Source: Arcobacter sp.
GTDB taxonomy: Bacteria; Campylobacterota; Campylobacteria; Campylobacterales; Arcobacteraceae
Assembly (NCBI GenBank): GCA_965662175.1
Contig: CBFIGT010000018.1
Span: forward strand, 1 to 28,264
Length of the DNA: 28,264 bases
Direction: 5' to 3'
Shown: piece after piece, positions 27,505 to 28,264 of the stretch
Layout: every line of letters begins with the position of its first letter
Position numbering within the stretch: position 1 is the first letter of the stretch
Translations under genes and position numbers: made by a program
The notes under the pieces: model-generated
What the model saw: only the letters and a program-made list of their open reading frames with translations
Told to the model about the DNA's origin: nothing
The model's database searches: none

Positions 27505-28264
27505 ATGAAAAGAGATACTATTATTATTGGTGCTGGTGTTGTTGGACTTATGTGTGCATATTTTTTACACAAAGCTGGAAGAGGCGTTACTATAATAGAT
27601 GAGGGTGATATTACAAATTGCACCTCATTTGGTAATGCAGGCTTATTATCAGCTTTTGATAAGGGACCTTTGAGTTATCCAGGTGTTATAACAAATACAA
27701 TGAAACAGATGTTAAAGGGTGAATCACCTGTAAAAATACATCCTAAATTAGATGCAAAATTTTATAAATGGCTTGTGAAATTTGCATTAAGTTCAAATGA
27801 AACAAGATTTAAAAAAACAATAATGCTTTTTGAAAAGTATGGTGAAGATACTTTAGATTTATATAAACAAATGCAAGAAGAGGATAATCTTGATTTTGAT
27901 TTTCATCATAAAGGAATGCTTTCAGCTTTTACAGAAAATGCAAGTTATGAAAAAAAGTTAAAAGAGTGTGAAAATAAAGATAAAAATAGTTATAAAATCT
28001 TATCAAAAGCTGAGACTAAAGAGTATTTACCATGCGGAAATGAGAAAATAAAAGGTTCTATCTTATTTACAAGAAATGCACACTTAGACCCTAAAAGAGT
28101 AATGCTAGAGCTAAAAAGATTTTTAGAAGAAGAGGGTGTTGAATTTATATTAAATGTAAAAATCACAGATATAAAATTTAAAAATAAAAAAGTAAAATCT
28201 GTATCTTCTATTAATAATGTATATAAAGCAGAGAACTTTGTACTATCAACTGGATATCAAACTC
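27505..28264 (+). CDS. FAD-dependent oxidoreductase, D-amino-acid dehydrogenase family, 5' part (runs off the window end)
   Basis: GGAG RBS, then MKRDTIIIGAGVVGLMCAYFLHKAGRGVTIIDEGDITNCTSFGNAGLLS, with the GxGxxG and TSFGNAG motifs. Not in the ORF track. Confidence 0.9.
   Translation, partial: MKRDTIIIGAGVVGLMCAYFLHKAGRGVTIIDEGDITNCTSFGNAGLLSAFDKGPLSYPGVITNTMKQMLKGESPVKIHPKLDAKFYKWLVKFALSSNETRFKKTIMLFEKYGEDTLDLYKQMQEEDNLDFDFHHKGMLSAFTENASYEKKLKECENKDKNSYKILSKAETKEYLPCGNEKIKGSILFTRNAHLDPKRVMLELKRFLEEEGVEFILNVKITDIKFKNKKVKSVSSINNVYKAENFVLSTGYQT

Noticed and set aside
27435..27623. 62-aa minus-strand ORF
   Set aside because: It is antisense to the clear FAD-binding N-terminus of the plus-strand gene starting at 27505.

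Overview
AT-rich chromosomal window from a Campylobacterota bacterium, most likely Arcobacteraceae (judged from protein style and gene order; not verified by search). Most of it is housekeeping and signalling: the 3' end of apt, trpB, DedA, pepA, a CHASE/PAS histidine kinase split by one in-frame TAA, ychF, a large soluble CheW-domain protein with an internal duplication, nhaA with an OmpR-family two-component pair, recO, ppnP, an AAA+ ATPase, a superoxide-reductase-like (SORL) gene, thiL, truD, a short CheZ-like gene, a heme-c MCP, ruvA-ddl-hydrolase-murF, a four-helix-bundle gene, HIT, RidA and the 5' part of a D-amino-acid dehydrogenase-like gene. Five things stand out. (1) An unannotated 25-aa membrane peptide follows the nhaA two-component operon, and its promoter has the same motif spacing as the nhaA promoter. 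(2) The four-helix-bundle gene is bracketed by inverted arrays of a 7-bp repeat. (3) A ~1.7 kb integrase-less islet appears to have integrated in the 3' end of the SORL gene and replaced its last codons. (4) The islet ATPase carries a 36-bp GC-rich in-frame mini-element. (5) The CHASE kinase is split by a nonsense codon. No rRNA, tRNA, CRISPR array or transposase was recognised.
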